64,000 bases of DNA from NCBI GenBank assembly GCA_017499595.2, contig CM039004.1, positions 1 through 64,000 on the forward strand, written 5' to 3'. The notes under the pieces are model-generated. The model had not been told where the DNA came from. It saw only the letters and a list, made by a program, of their open reading frames with translations, and did not search any database. Each line of letters starts with the position of its first letter. Position 1 is the first letter of the stretch. Source of the stretch: Psilocybe cubensis (lineage: Eukaryota). The position numbers and the translations under genes were made by a program. Shown in pieces: positions 21,301 through 31,620 of the stretch.

Positions 21301-21893
21301 GGGAAAAGCGATTCGCTTTACGAGTCGCAGAGCACGACGAATCCATTCTTGTACTTAAAACCAGATTTGATCAGGTATGGAATTGGTTTTCAGCTGCTGA
21401 ACTTGGAAAAACTGTTACCGAGTACTGGTCGGCATGGTATGAACATGCCGAGAAAGGTTTGTATAGTGCAGACTCGTCCAGACCCCTTATCAAACCAGAT
21501 CCAAATTACGTTCACGACCTCGATGATGTTCGCCCGGAGCTGTTCACACAGATCCTCGTGGACGGAGAAACTGAGTTCGTACCGGATTTGAGGAAGATAG
21601 GACTACTCGGAAGTCGTTGGATAGTATCGCGAAAACGCAATACTAATCTTTTCGACCTTGCAAATGTGTGGAAGAAAACAGTCTTTCGTAAACTGGATGA
21701 AGACATCGCTGAAAAAGGTGGTGTTGTTCCCGAAACTCAAAACGTTAATGAAACTTATCATTCTGCTTTAGTTGAAGCTGCTGAGCAGATAAGTATCGAA
21801 AGTGATAACGAGATAATACTTCATAGACGTTCAATCTCACAAGAGAGGGAACATCCAGAATTTGGCAGAATATCCAAATCTTACAACCGATGA
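18363..21893 (+). CDS. PLE ORF1-RT polyprotein (1176 aa)
   Basis: Intact ORF, paralog of 7141-10674. Confidence 0.9.
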   Translation: MSSQYSAAFSRAMSPTLDALTQAVVNNTVFGVNDEAGRHNALIDELATVVIKKIAECRSVDQVIDCVFFDYRAALREFLLNLASWCDKRETVKASLERLESAVSAGNTPNRLKVKAPEFQLTKEFANAGSAEALRVSTTFSTARDAFQKAINDGAIQAKKDELTFWDDKCALNSCYEAAALIVKATYDDRKSSYKLPVFSTDNKGVRRIAEWVVSPQKKAECSALQTILPAIFSHIKQIVNMRHRALAIKIEKKRTTAATADVEMADATKPGPSIQSLIDKGLNARLKKLNLGSVGKKASFRNPSPIILDTNYYSNYPDFVWPEFIQGSSTSGQESWPFETQVVVDAFATQASNQGFQQGRQQEEREGESSRQERSKGKGKGKSLDARSNVVPFTSVRPAFPNSIPDDILTMTKTDAVSFVHLHTPISFLLAGQYRSSVHCSPGVSVPVDVANDLSLGLNYMFFTLPSKSLIMQAWNDFQRRIRWRIYFLFKEGMNKPFDPDYGVSSKKKEKPPVLPQYMELGLSMGRRYVQRTIASIPEEALTEMRKHAFSPKRDKIRKFLIDNNYVITMTDKNLGLAVSERDWILRNELNLLEDERNYEELEFEVAQEVMKSKMIQMQTLARTVEDEHLFLFELGLSRFFLSNVPEDGSSFKYPQFHGIPKIHKKPTGFRPIIPCHSVVFNPAAKFVSKELKPIIKSTPSIIHGTKDLFTRLSQLRIDSKRQWYFVTGDVVAFYPNIPLDLCIEIVCSMYEEWLLNASEENTALAHINPNSLENNLVKLGIFKRAIEIGNTQLITQHGSRYFRQKNGLAMGVADSPDLANLFGAHFEIKSKILDHPNVAFYGRYIDDCFAIVYAESEALALNLIKETIKFDGCVIEWAVSSSGCQFLDAFIFKESGKLHWKPFVKTGNNRERVPWVSHHPLDVKRGVYIGELSRLAVLCSTKEIYIGAIRDLNALYLMRGYPENLVISWCKKNIQERWEKRFALRVAEHDESILVLKTRFDQVWNWFSAAELGKTVTEYWSAWYEHAEKGLYSADSSRPLIKPDPNYVHDLDDVRPELFTQILVDGETEFVPDLRKIGLLGSRWIVSRKRNTNLFDLANVWKKTVFRKLDEDIAEKGGVVPETQNVNETYHSALVEAAEQISIESDNEIILHRRSISQEREHPEFGRISKSYNR

Positions 21894-22603
21894 AAAGAAT
21901 ACTAGCGCTTAAGGCGTAAAGCATTAGAAAAAAACCCTAACCGTAAGTATTCCTTGCTATAAAGTAACAAACATCTACTTACAAGCAACACATTGGATTG
22001 AATAGCTAAACCTAAACCTAAACCCTAAACCCTAAACCCTAAACCCTAACCTAACCCCAACCCTAAGCTAACTAAGTCTAACCTTAGTAGGAAGTAAGGT
22101 AGGCGTGTGAACTTCCGAACGGCATGTGATTGTGAAGGGCCGGATCTAATTTAGTACATGGGAAAAGTTACTTAGTACTTCGGGAAAAGTTCCTTAGTAC
22201 CGTGGAAACATTTTTGATGGACCGGATCATGAACTGTCCAATTAAGATTCACAACAATCAATCATTCTATTGTTTGATTGTTAGGTAAGGACCCAGGTAA
22301 GTTATTTATACTCTAGACATGTGAATATTCCCATGTCGCGGTTACTCGGAGCCACGTAACCAGAGTAATCTATATCCATGTGATTCACATCACAGTCAAT
22401 AACCCACGATGTCAAAGAACAAAAGTGTTGGATCCACTTTTGACAGGTTACCATGTGCCACATCGACCCGTGACACTCTGTTCATCAGAGACCTGTCTAA
22501 CTTGACAATAAACATTGACAGATTTGTGATAGTCGGTAAGATACATGACAGCTGCGCAGCATCACTTCACGCGCTGTCATCGGATGTCTAGAACATTCCT
22601 TCT

Positions 22604-22680
22604 AAGAATAGCCACTGAAGAGTCTATAAAGACGAAAGGGCTGGTTGTTGGGATCCCCCAACAGCCCTCTGGCTACTTTC
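22604..22680 (+). ncRNA. Hammerhead ribozyme (beta; intron-less allele of the interrupted copy), cleavage after C22669
   Basis: Core intact; shares the TGGCTACTTTCC flank with 18253 onward. Confidence 0.88.
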
Positions 22681-22767
22681 CATTTAACTCCCAGTTTAAA
22701 CTAGTCGCTCGCACCTCGCTTCGCTCGGTGCTCGCTCCCCCCCTAAACCCTAAACCCTAAACCCTAA

Positions 22768-23779
22768 ACCCGAAACTCAAAACGTTAATGAAACTTATCA
22801 TTCTGCTTTAGTTGAAGCTGCTGAACAGATAAGTATCGAAAGTGATAACGAGATAATACTTCATAGACGTTCAATCTCACAAGAGAGGGAACATCCAGAA
22901 TTCGGCAGAATATCCAAATCTTACAACCGATGAAAAGAATACTAGCGCGTAAGGCGTAAAGCATTAGAAAAAAACCCTAACCGTAAGTATTCCTTGCTAC
23001 AAAGTAACAAACATCTACTTACAAGCAACACATTGGATTAAATAGCTAAACCTAAACCTAAACCCTAAACCCTAAACCCTAAGCCCTAACCTAACCCCAA
23101 CCCTAAGCTAACTAAGTCTAACCTTAGTAGGAAGTAAGGTAGGCGTGTGAACTTCCGAAAGGCATGTGATTGTGAAGGGCCGGATCTAATTTAGTACATG
23201 GGAAAAGTTACTTAGTACCTCGGGAAAAGTTCCTTAGTACCGTGGAAACATTTTTGATGGACCGGATCATGAACTGTCCAATTAAGATTCACAACAATCA
23301 ATCAATTGATTGTTAGGTAAGGACCCAGGTAAGCTATTTATACTCTTGACATGAGAATATTCCCATGTCACGGTTACTCGGAGCCACGTAACCAGAGTAT
23401 TTTATATCCATGTGATTCACATCACAGTCAATAACCCACGATGTCAAAGAACAAAAATGTTGGATCCACTTTTGACAGGTTACCATGTGCCACATCGACC
23501 CGTGACACTCTGTTCATCAGAGATCTGTCTAACTTGACAATAAACATTGACAGATTTGTGATAGTCGGTAAGATACATGACAGCTGCGCAGCATCACTTC
23601 ACGCGCTGTCATCGGATGTTCCAGAACATTCCTTCTAAGAATAGCCACTGAAGAGTCTATAAAGACGAAAGGGCTGGCTGCTGATAACAATCAACAGCCC
23701 TCTGGCCTTCTTTCCATTTAACTCACAGTTTAAACAAGTCGCTCGCACCTCGCTTCGCTCGGTGCTCGCTCCCCCCCTA
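22768..23779 (+). mobile_element. PLE family A copy A6, heavily 5'-truncated (last ~55 codons, 3' UTR and pLTR)
   Basis: Starts at CCCGAAACTCAAAAC after a telomeric tract; stop codon at ~22933; alpha-type pLTR. Confidence 0.92.
23637..23712 (+). ncRNA. Hammerhead ribozyme (alpha), cleavage after C23702
   Basis: Same core as 2750-2825. Confidence 0.9.
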
Positions 23780-23835
23780 AACCCTAAACCCTAAACCCTA
23801 AAACCCTAAAACCCTAAACCCTAAACCCTAAACCC
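23775..23835 (+). repeat. Innermost telomeric tract at the boundary between the PLE array and unique subtelomeric DNA
   Basis: About 8 CCCTAAA(A) units followed by non-repetitive sequence. Confidence 0.9.
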
Positions 23836-24540
23836 GTAATCCCAGACCAGTTTTTTCAGCCGACGCAATACTCATATCTACTAAGAAAACATTCGCGAAA
23901 GAGAGGAGTTGAGGTTCAAGATGCTAGAGGTCGAAGACGGCTAGGAACATTATAGGCCCTGGCCTGTCAGCTGAAGGGAAGGCGAAGGTATGCAGCCGTT
24001 AAAATTATGATATCCCAGTATCAAATTTCAAAACCCGTCTATGAATATCTCGGCTTTGGCACTTTAAATTTGTGTGGCTAAGTACTAGCTCGCTTCCGTG
24101 TGGAGGTCTAACGAGTGACGCAATCTGTCAGTCTCTGAACTATGGCAGATAGGTTAGCAGCACTTATTTATAATAGCCTATTAGTGCGTAATGGACTATT
24201 GAAGGGCGGCCAGAGAAACGAACTAGCCAGGCATTTATTTGCAGATAGCCATGTTGACGGTATCCACAACCCTGGTACGGCCTGTAAGAGTAACTCGGGA
24301 CATAATGTATTTCCTTGCTATCAACCATCCCCAAAGCCATAGACAGAAGCAGCCAGTGAGGGAGACGATGATTCATTACTAGTCCGCATCCGTCCAACAC
24401 GCACAATGTACATGTATGTTTCTATTCACTGTCCTACCCCTCCTCATCTGTCGTGTACTCTTCATAATGAAAGGGATAATCAAGAGGAACATCAAGAATT
24501 TTGTGGGACTCTGTGGCCTTTAGTTTCACCAACCAAGATT

Positions 24541-27500
24541 TCAACCGGTCGTACTCCATCCCACAAAAATATTTGTGGTTGTATTTCTAAATCCAGGTAT
24601 GAGTACATAAAGAGTCGACAGAAAAAACACCCTCACCCCCAAGAATTGCATAGCCAAATCACAGAATCCAGACGGAGGTCTCCATCTATATTTACGATCC
24701 AGTTTATGCCAGATATAGTGAAGTAACCTAATCTTCGTTAGGTTCTCTTGTGTTGGGATTGCGTAAGGCATGCATTGGAGCAATGATAAGAAATGTTTAT
24801 CTCGGAAGTCCATCCAGTATACTCTACCACCTTGGTCCAAGCTGCCATAGTGCTTTGATACAAGTACATTGAGAAGAAATGTGGCAAGATGGGGATACCA
24901 ATCCGAGGCAACAATGGGCAAAAAAGGGTGTCGGGTACCCAGTAATTGGTTAATCTCCAACACCGAGTGGAAGAGACGAATCCAGGTGAGCCACAACTCA
25001 CTGGTACCACCTCCAGTTCTTATATTCTCCGAAAGAATGTATTTTCCGTCGAGCGTCGGAGATATACCCATAATGTGGTGGTTGTACTGCCTTCCAGAAT
25101 CTTTGGCAGTAAGGAAGTACGACGAGTGTTCGATGTACAGTGATATGAGTGCGGAAAATGTGGTTTTAGCAGCCGCTTCGAATTTTACAATAAGCATACT
25201 GTCGTGTTCCTCGAGTACATGCCTATTTGTTCCGGTCTATGACCCGATAAAATTAGTGTACGTGTTGAGGGTAACGACTGAATAAAAAATACCAATTGTC
25301 TGTGAAGCCAACCCAATGAAGCGTTTGCAAATTGCGGCAAGTATTGGGGAAGCTTAGGCAGCTGTGGATGAATCAGAATATGTAGTATAGTCATCCTGTG
25401 AGAATTTTGGAGATATTCTCTTGAACGGATATCAGATCGTGCTGGATTATGCAAGAAGCGGACCACTTTGTTCAATGGGGAATCCAGCGTAGCTTCCGTC
25501 CCGTTGAAGAGTTGATTAAGAAGTTCGATCACACGAACCAGACCTGGAGTTTCCCACTCTGCTACTAGGGCTGGAGGTAGGTATGTCCTCGATACTTTGT
25601 CAATCTCCTTTTCAAATACGTCGAGAATGATTTCCACGTGTCCCCGATCTTTGTAACAGAAGATATTGACAATACCGTGCATGTCTTGGAGCTCTGATAC
25701 AATGGCATCATTCGTAATATGCATTTCTGCGCCTATGTCCAGGATGTCAAAAGATGATGTATCCCTCCGCCAGCTTTGCCTAACAAGATACCCGAGAATG
25801 GGCCCGTCAAGAGAGGTAGCCTCGAGAACCTGCTGGGCTGAGATGGTCAATGCCAACATGACAGGACGTTGAAGTGATTGAAGTAGATCCAGTAGAGGCT
25901 TTAACCCTTGCGCTGGTGTCGATTCCCTCCAACTCTGATCCCGTAGTATACATCTCTGGAACGTTGAAAGGAGCCACAATGTGTGCTTTGATCGAGGTAT
26001 TTTTCTGTCTGCTTCGGATAATACCCCTTCAAGTGCTTCGTGTAGATATTTGAGCTCTTGGATAATAATATCCATGTCTGAGCTTGGAAGTTCCACGAGG
26101 CTATATAGGATAGTTGAAACAGTTGGAAAAGAAAAACCTAAGTGATATTGTGACGGTCCAATACTGTAGTAATTGAATATCAATAATTAAAACCAATATT
26201 CCGTCACGAAAGGTATACCGATTAATTATTCCATCAATGTCAGGATTGACGTGTAGCAATTCTATCAAGTGCCGTATAATAACACAAAATGCATGAATCA
26301 AGGTGGACCATTCGTTGACCAGAAATTTCCCGGATCTAGAAGAATCTTTTATAAATTCTTCAAACGATAAGTGATGGAACGAAAGCCATGGTGTATCATA
26401 TCTCGGGGTACCAAACGTTGGTATCAGTCTTTGTAAAAGTGGAGGACATTTGGATTCTGTTGTGCAAATCAAAGATCGCATGGATCGCAAAATTTGGCGC
26501 AGCTCCGACGGAGTAACATTAAAAACGAGCTCCATGACACTTTCCGAGTTGCTGTAAGGGGTGCACAAAATGGCACCCAGAACACGTCTAAGTGTGTCCC
26601 ATCGTGGATACGATGACAAAATGGAGGCATACAGCTGGTCTAGTTCGGAGAATGCCAGAGCGTCATGAGGACCAGGTCTGATCAATATTCGAAGCTGTTC
26701 GAGGGGGTCACAGTGAAGGGAATCACCAATGAATTTTACGACGGTGGATGCATAAACAAATTGTCCAGAGGCAGACCTAACGAATCGGTCGATGAGGTGG
26801 TCCTCGGGCCATGGCCGAGGGACAGAATGCATTATTTCGATGTTTTCTTCATATATCCTATTAAATTCACTGCGTAGGTAGGTTTTTATTCCAGCGTCGG
26901 CTTCAAGGTCGTCTCGCAAAGAAACGCGTTTCACGATAGAGCTGAAACACCCGGTCTCGAACACATCGGCTATCCAGTACTCTGGACGACTGATAATCAG
27001 GAAGCGCAGTGGGATGCGATGCTGAATAATAGCATTCGCAATGGTGGACAAGATTGCGACCTGCATACGCTTCTCTCCAGAGCACTCGTCCAGGCCGTCA
27101 ATGATGACCACTGGGTGGTGGGCGGGCTAATTGCGCAATTTGGTGAGAGGTCTGATAATAAGATTTTGAAGTTGAATATTGATCAATTTGGTGGGAAGTG
27201 TAGGATTCTCCTGCATGACGGTATCGAGTATGGCACGGTAATCGGGGAAATTGATGGCAAGCTCGTGAGCAATGGTAGAAAATAGCTTGTTCCCGTCTCC
27301 GCGTCCAGGAGCTCCCTTTGCAAAGAAAAAGCTCGAGCCATATCTGCAATCAGCAGAACGCTCTTGTAACATCATGGCAATGGAGTGTCCGATTGCTGAT
27401 TTTCCGGAACCTGCGGGACCATAGAGCCACAGGGCTTGCTTCTCAGGAGCTGGGTTGTCAATCCACTCCATGATGGTCTCAATAATCCTCTCCCGAGTAC

Positions 27501-27732
27501 ATGGGTGGCATTGAGCTGGCGGAAATCGCTCCGCAGAGTCGTATATTGCATCGGAAGCTATGTATTTCTCGAGTAGATGTAAACCTGACAATCTTGTTTA
27601 AACAAATACTTCGATCCGTACGTTGACAATCCAGCACTCGCCTGTGTCCTTCCCCGGTCCGTAGATATTCTGCGTCTGAATGAAGTTCCCTCCATTGATC
27701 ATTAGGTTGTGTGCGTCAGGAAACTGCTGCAT
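24541..27732 (-). pseudogene. Fungal NACHT-domain NLR-like gene with an in-frame premature stop
   Basis: Exon 1 MQQFPDAHNLMINGGNFIQTQN from 27732; CHPCTRE..I..W, Walker A LWLYGPAGSGKS, Walker B VIIDGLDEC, SRPE, SASGQFVYA, LDQLY motifs; TAG at 27127-27129 lies between two ORFs in the same frame; 3' exon boundaries approximate. Confidence 0.8.
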
Positions 27733-30700
27733 TGGTAAGGACTAAAATTTCTGTGTCGAACGCAAGCCGATATGTAGCATAGGTGGGACTATGGATGGTA
27801 GGAGTGACGGATGGGAGAGAGGTAGAAAGGTTGTCATGGTGGTAAATCCCTACCTAAATCGTGTACTGTTCTTTCTCGCACGCTTCCATTACCAAGTATG
27901 ACAGGCACAGCAACTTTTTTATACAGCCAATGTGAGAGTCTGGGGATTCGACGGGATGTTGGTTTAATTGAACCCGAGAACTAAAATCAACTAGATATAT
28001 TTATACACAACAATTGTTTGCGTCCAAGCGCATCCTCACTGTCTATCAAATTATGACGTGTGCAAATATTAAGAGTATTAGATTATCGACTCAGTATCTG
28101 TTGCAAGCAAAACAAACACGTACTCTTGCAGGTCTCACGAAAGGTGGTTCGGTTTGGCTGGGAACGATCCTATGATACGAGTGCCAGGCAAGATGAATTT
28201 TCGAGCGGAGATTGAACAGGCTAACGCACTTCTCGTCTCGCATTCGCGCTCAAACCATTCTCTGTGCTTGTCCGTTAATGCAGCGCACCAGAATGGTGGT
28301 TCTACAATCTTCTTTTGCTACTGTTCTAAGATCTCGCACATGCCAAGAGACATCCAATTCAACATTGACACCGACTGCTGCATCAGTGAGTTCGCACATC
28401 CCACACTCTCCTGTGAGCTCCAACCCCACTTTAACACAGCCGTTTGACTCCACACTCCCTCATCCAATCTCGCGCAGTCCACATCAACTCTAACGCGAAT
28501 AGTGGTCAGGAGTCCAGGGTGAGTCACACCCGCCGGCTTCTCGTCCCCTCTTCCACCTTTTCATCCTCTCATCACTTTTCTGTCCAATCCCGTACCACTC
28601 TCAATTACTCTCCAAGCCACACTCCATTCCTCCCTTACAAACACGGCTCATTTCATACCACTTCATTCGCATAGTCCAACCCTTCACAATCTCCACACCC
28701 GACCTCTCCCCTCTAACACCCTCCCTGCCCCTCCAATTAATGAACCTAACCACACTTCAACGTTCAACCCTCTCTCGTGCCGATTCCTCCGCTTGGTTAT
28801 ATGTGAACCTATCGAGACTCGCCTCACGGTCCACAAAACAAGAGTCGTTCCTCCATACATCATCCGGCCCCGTAGACCGTCGTCAATGCACTGCGACGGG
28901 TTAATGGTCAGCTAGGGCATTTACGGATACGAATAAATGCAGGATCTGCTTATCGCCTATGCCGCATGCAGTGCATGTTTCCCTCAACACCAATTGGAAA
29001 GGGGTGGGGTGTTTGACGAACTTACGGTGCGTTGCAACGTCTATGTACACTGTCGCCGTCTTCACATCACTCTTTAAACTTTCTGTATGTTTCAGCAGCA
29101 TCCGGTACTCACCTCCACAAGTCCCGTCCCGTTCCCGAACCCTAGGAATCGTCCATGGCATTTGGCTGAATTCGTGAAGCAGAACACGCACACCACTCAT
29201 CGATTCAATCGTCTACCTCCGCACGTTCGACGTCAATGCACCTCTCGCACACTCGACCGCTCGCACACTCTCCTCTCTCACAGTTACATTCACCGCCGCT
29301 CATTCCATTTGTGAACTACGCCACCCTATGCTCCCTATCAGGGGTTTTCGACCAACGGGAACCACAGCACATTGTCAAATGTGTTTGATTGTTCAACGAC
29401 GAACTTGAGAGGACGCATATACACATGCTCCGCAGCTCGTGGAGAGGATCCTGCGCGGGGACGGGATTCAGTTGGTAGAGTTGCAGAGAGAAACACGGCG
29501 CTTCGTATGGTCACGAATTTGTTGTCCAATTCTTCTGGTTGGCGTCTACATCCTCCGTAGCCCTCAATACCACACCCTTGCTCCTCAGTGTTATCCAACG
29601 CCCCACGTTCCCGCTCTACTTCACACTCCCCATGGTGTTTCTCCTTCGTCCGCTGGCTCCTGCAAATGATAGAGATGAGGAACATATCACCCTTGAGGCT
29701 TTCTACATTGTGTGCGTACGGAAACTCCATCATGCCTCCCGGAAACACTACCTAAATCTTGACGTTCCGGATCATCCAGCAGTTTATCTCGACCCCTGCA
29801 ACTCAGGCGAAAGATGGCAAACATGTTGACGTAAATATTTACTTCTGTGACACGATCTTCATACGGTGGTATAAATAAAAAACATTAACGGCCATTATAT
29901 CGATCAGCGTTCTGGGATATCAGGATTCCTGTGCCAACTAAGTCAGTACTCAATCCATCTTTTCATACCTGACTTGGCTTGTGCCTTGTTGTCATGCAAG
30001 CTATAATATTCGCATTTGCTCAACATCCCTACTCCACAGCAGCCCTTGATAATTGCCATTTCCGTAGCACTTTGTGCTTTTTGGAATCAGATATCTTGCA
30101 AGTTGACAAGGATACATGGTTGCTCCAGGATCTACTCACACAAGTCCAGATTCCTGAACCTTGCCTTCGATGGTATCAACAACGTGGCGATGATGCTGGA
30201 TGTTTATGTTTGGCAACGAGATAAAATAACCAATATCATACTTATTCATCGTTTTGTTAGTTGCGTGATGGCGAGGCCGCTGATGTCTGGTGGTATAAAG
30301 TACGCAGCAAATGCCTTTATGATTTCCGTCTACTCATACATTCCCTCAATATTGTCTCCAATGCAGAACAAAGAGAATTTTAACGTTGATACTGGCACTC
30401 AGTTAAATTCAACGATGGTACAGTGTTTTCTTTCAGGTACTTGTTAACATGTACGCTATTGCCTACCTGGTCCTTCAATGGACAGGAAGCAACTCTACTG
30501 TCGTGCTTAGCGGTGATACACGGACGCACTTATCTCAAGCTTCATTAGAGATCCCTCAATGGATTCGCTTGATCGTTGAAACTACTCTCACCTTTTCAAT
30601 TGGAATTTCGGATATTCTGCTTGTTTGTAAATTCTTTTATGAACGGAAACCATGATCTCATATTAGATGTGTTGACAGATTTGGAGGTGCTACACCATCT

Positions 30701-31242
30701 GGGGAAACTCCCTGAAAGTGGTCATGATCCCTTTGGTGCTTCGGGCTATCAAAATTGGTGAATATTCATAATTCTATAGGTTCTTGGATTAAATATGGGA
30801 TGTGAGCTGATAGAAACCCCCCAGTTATTGCAATTGCTGACACAATAATTATCTGTTTAAACCCAAAAATAACGGATGCAACGGCTGATTCGAAAATCGA
30901 TTACGTCGCAGCCGCCGGGCTACTTTTCTCAATATGCACCACTCTATACACAACCTCTCTAATTGGGTACAGGATATACACAACCACTAGATCGCGGACG
31001 GTATATGCGCATCTTCTTTGTACTCGTCGAGACATCCGCCATGTATATCTTTGTTCTCGTTGCGATTGCAATCTGTCAGTTTGTCCCACAGGTAAGCGAA
31101 AGAACTTACCCATTGGTTGGGTTGCACGCCTACGCTACTTTGGCTCAGACTGTCCTGGTTCGTTTTCTTACCATTATAACATCATGAGGGAACTATTAAC
31201 AAAGATGACACTTCAGGGACTGATTCCGACTGCTATGGTTCT

Positions 31243-31561
31243 TGTTGAGCAGCATAATGTGCCCAAAACTACTCTACACAGTCTATGTACGCAGTGGCTA
31301 AGGACTTGACTTAATACTTACCCTTTGGGTCGTGTTACTTGAGTTGTAGCTACTCGAGTGGGTTGTGAAAACCGCTTGTTCTTAGAGGGCACTAGCGTCG
31401 CCCTTATATACACCTAGAGTGCGTTACATGTGACTAGTGACAGTAACTACTGTATAGTACTTAGTCATCTATCTACTTAGTAATCTATTCACATGACTTA
31501 TCATATGACTCTGAGAGTCACACGGTCGAATGTGAACTTTATTAATAATAGTCGTTCAACA
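31243..31561 (-). repeat. Copia 3' LTR
   Basis: TGTTGAGC...GTTCAACA, direct repeat of 37162-37480. Confidence 0.96.
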
Positions 31562-31620
31562 CTCCCCCTCAAGTGGTGCGCGCGCCATAAGGCGGGACTC
31601 TACTTGTTTTCATGAACAGA

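Larger units (their letters stand above)
16695..22745 (+). mobile_element. PLE family A copy A5, full length; upstream pLTR carries a group I intron
   Basis: Upstream pLTR ~16695-18333 including a 929-nt insert, ORF 18363-21893, downstream pLTR ~22010-22745 without the insert. Confidence 0.93.
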
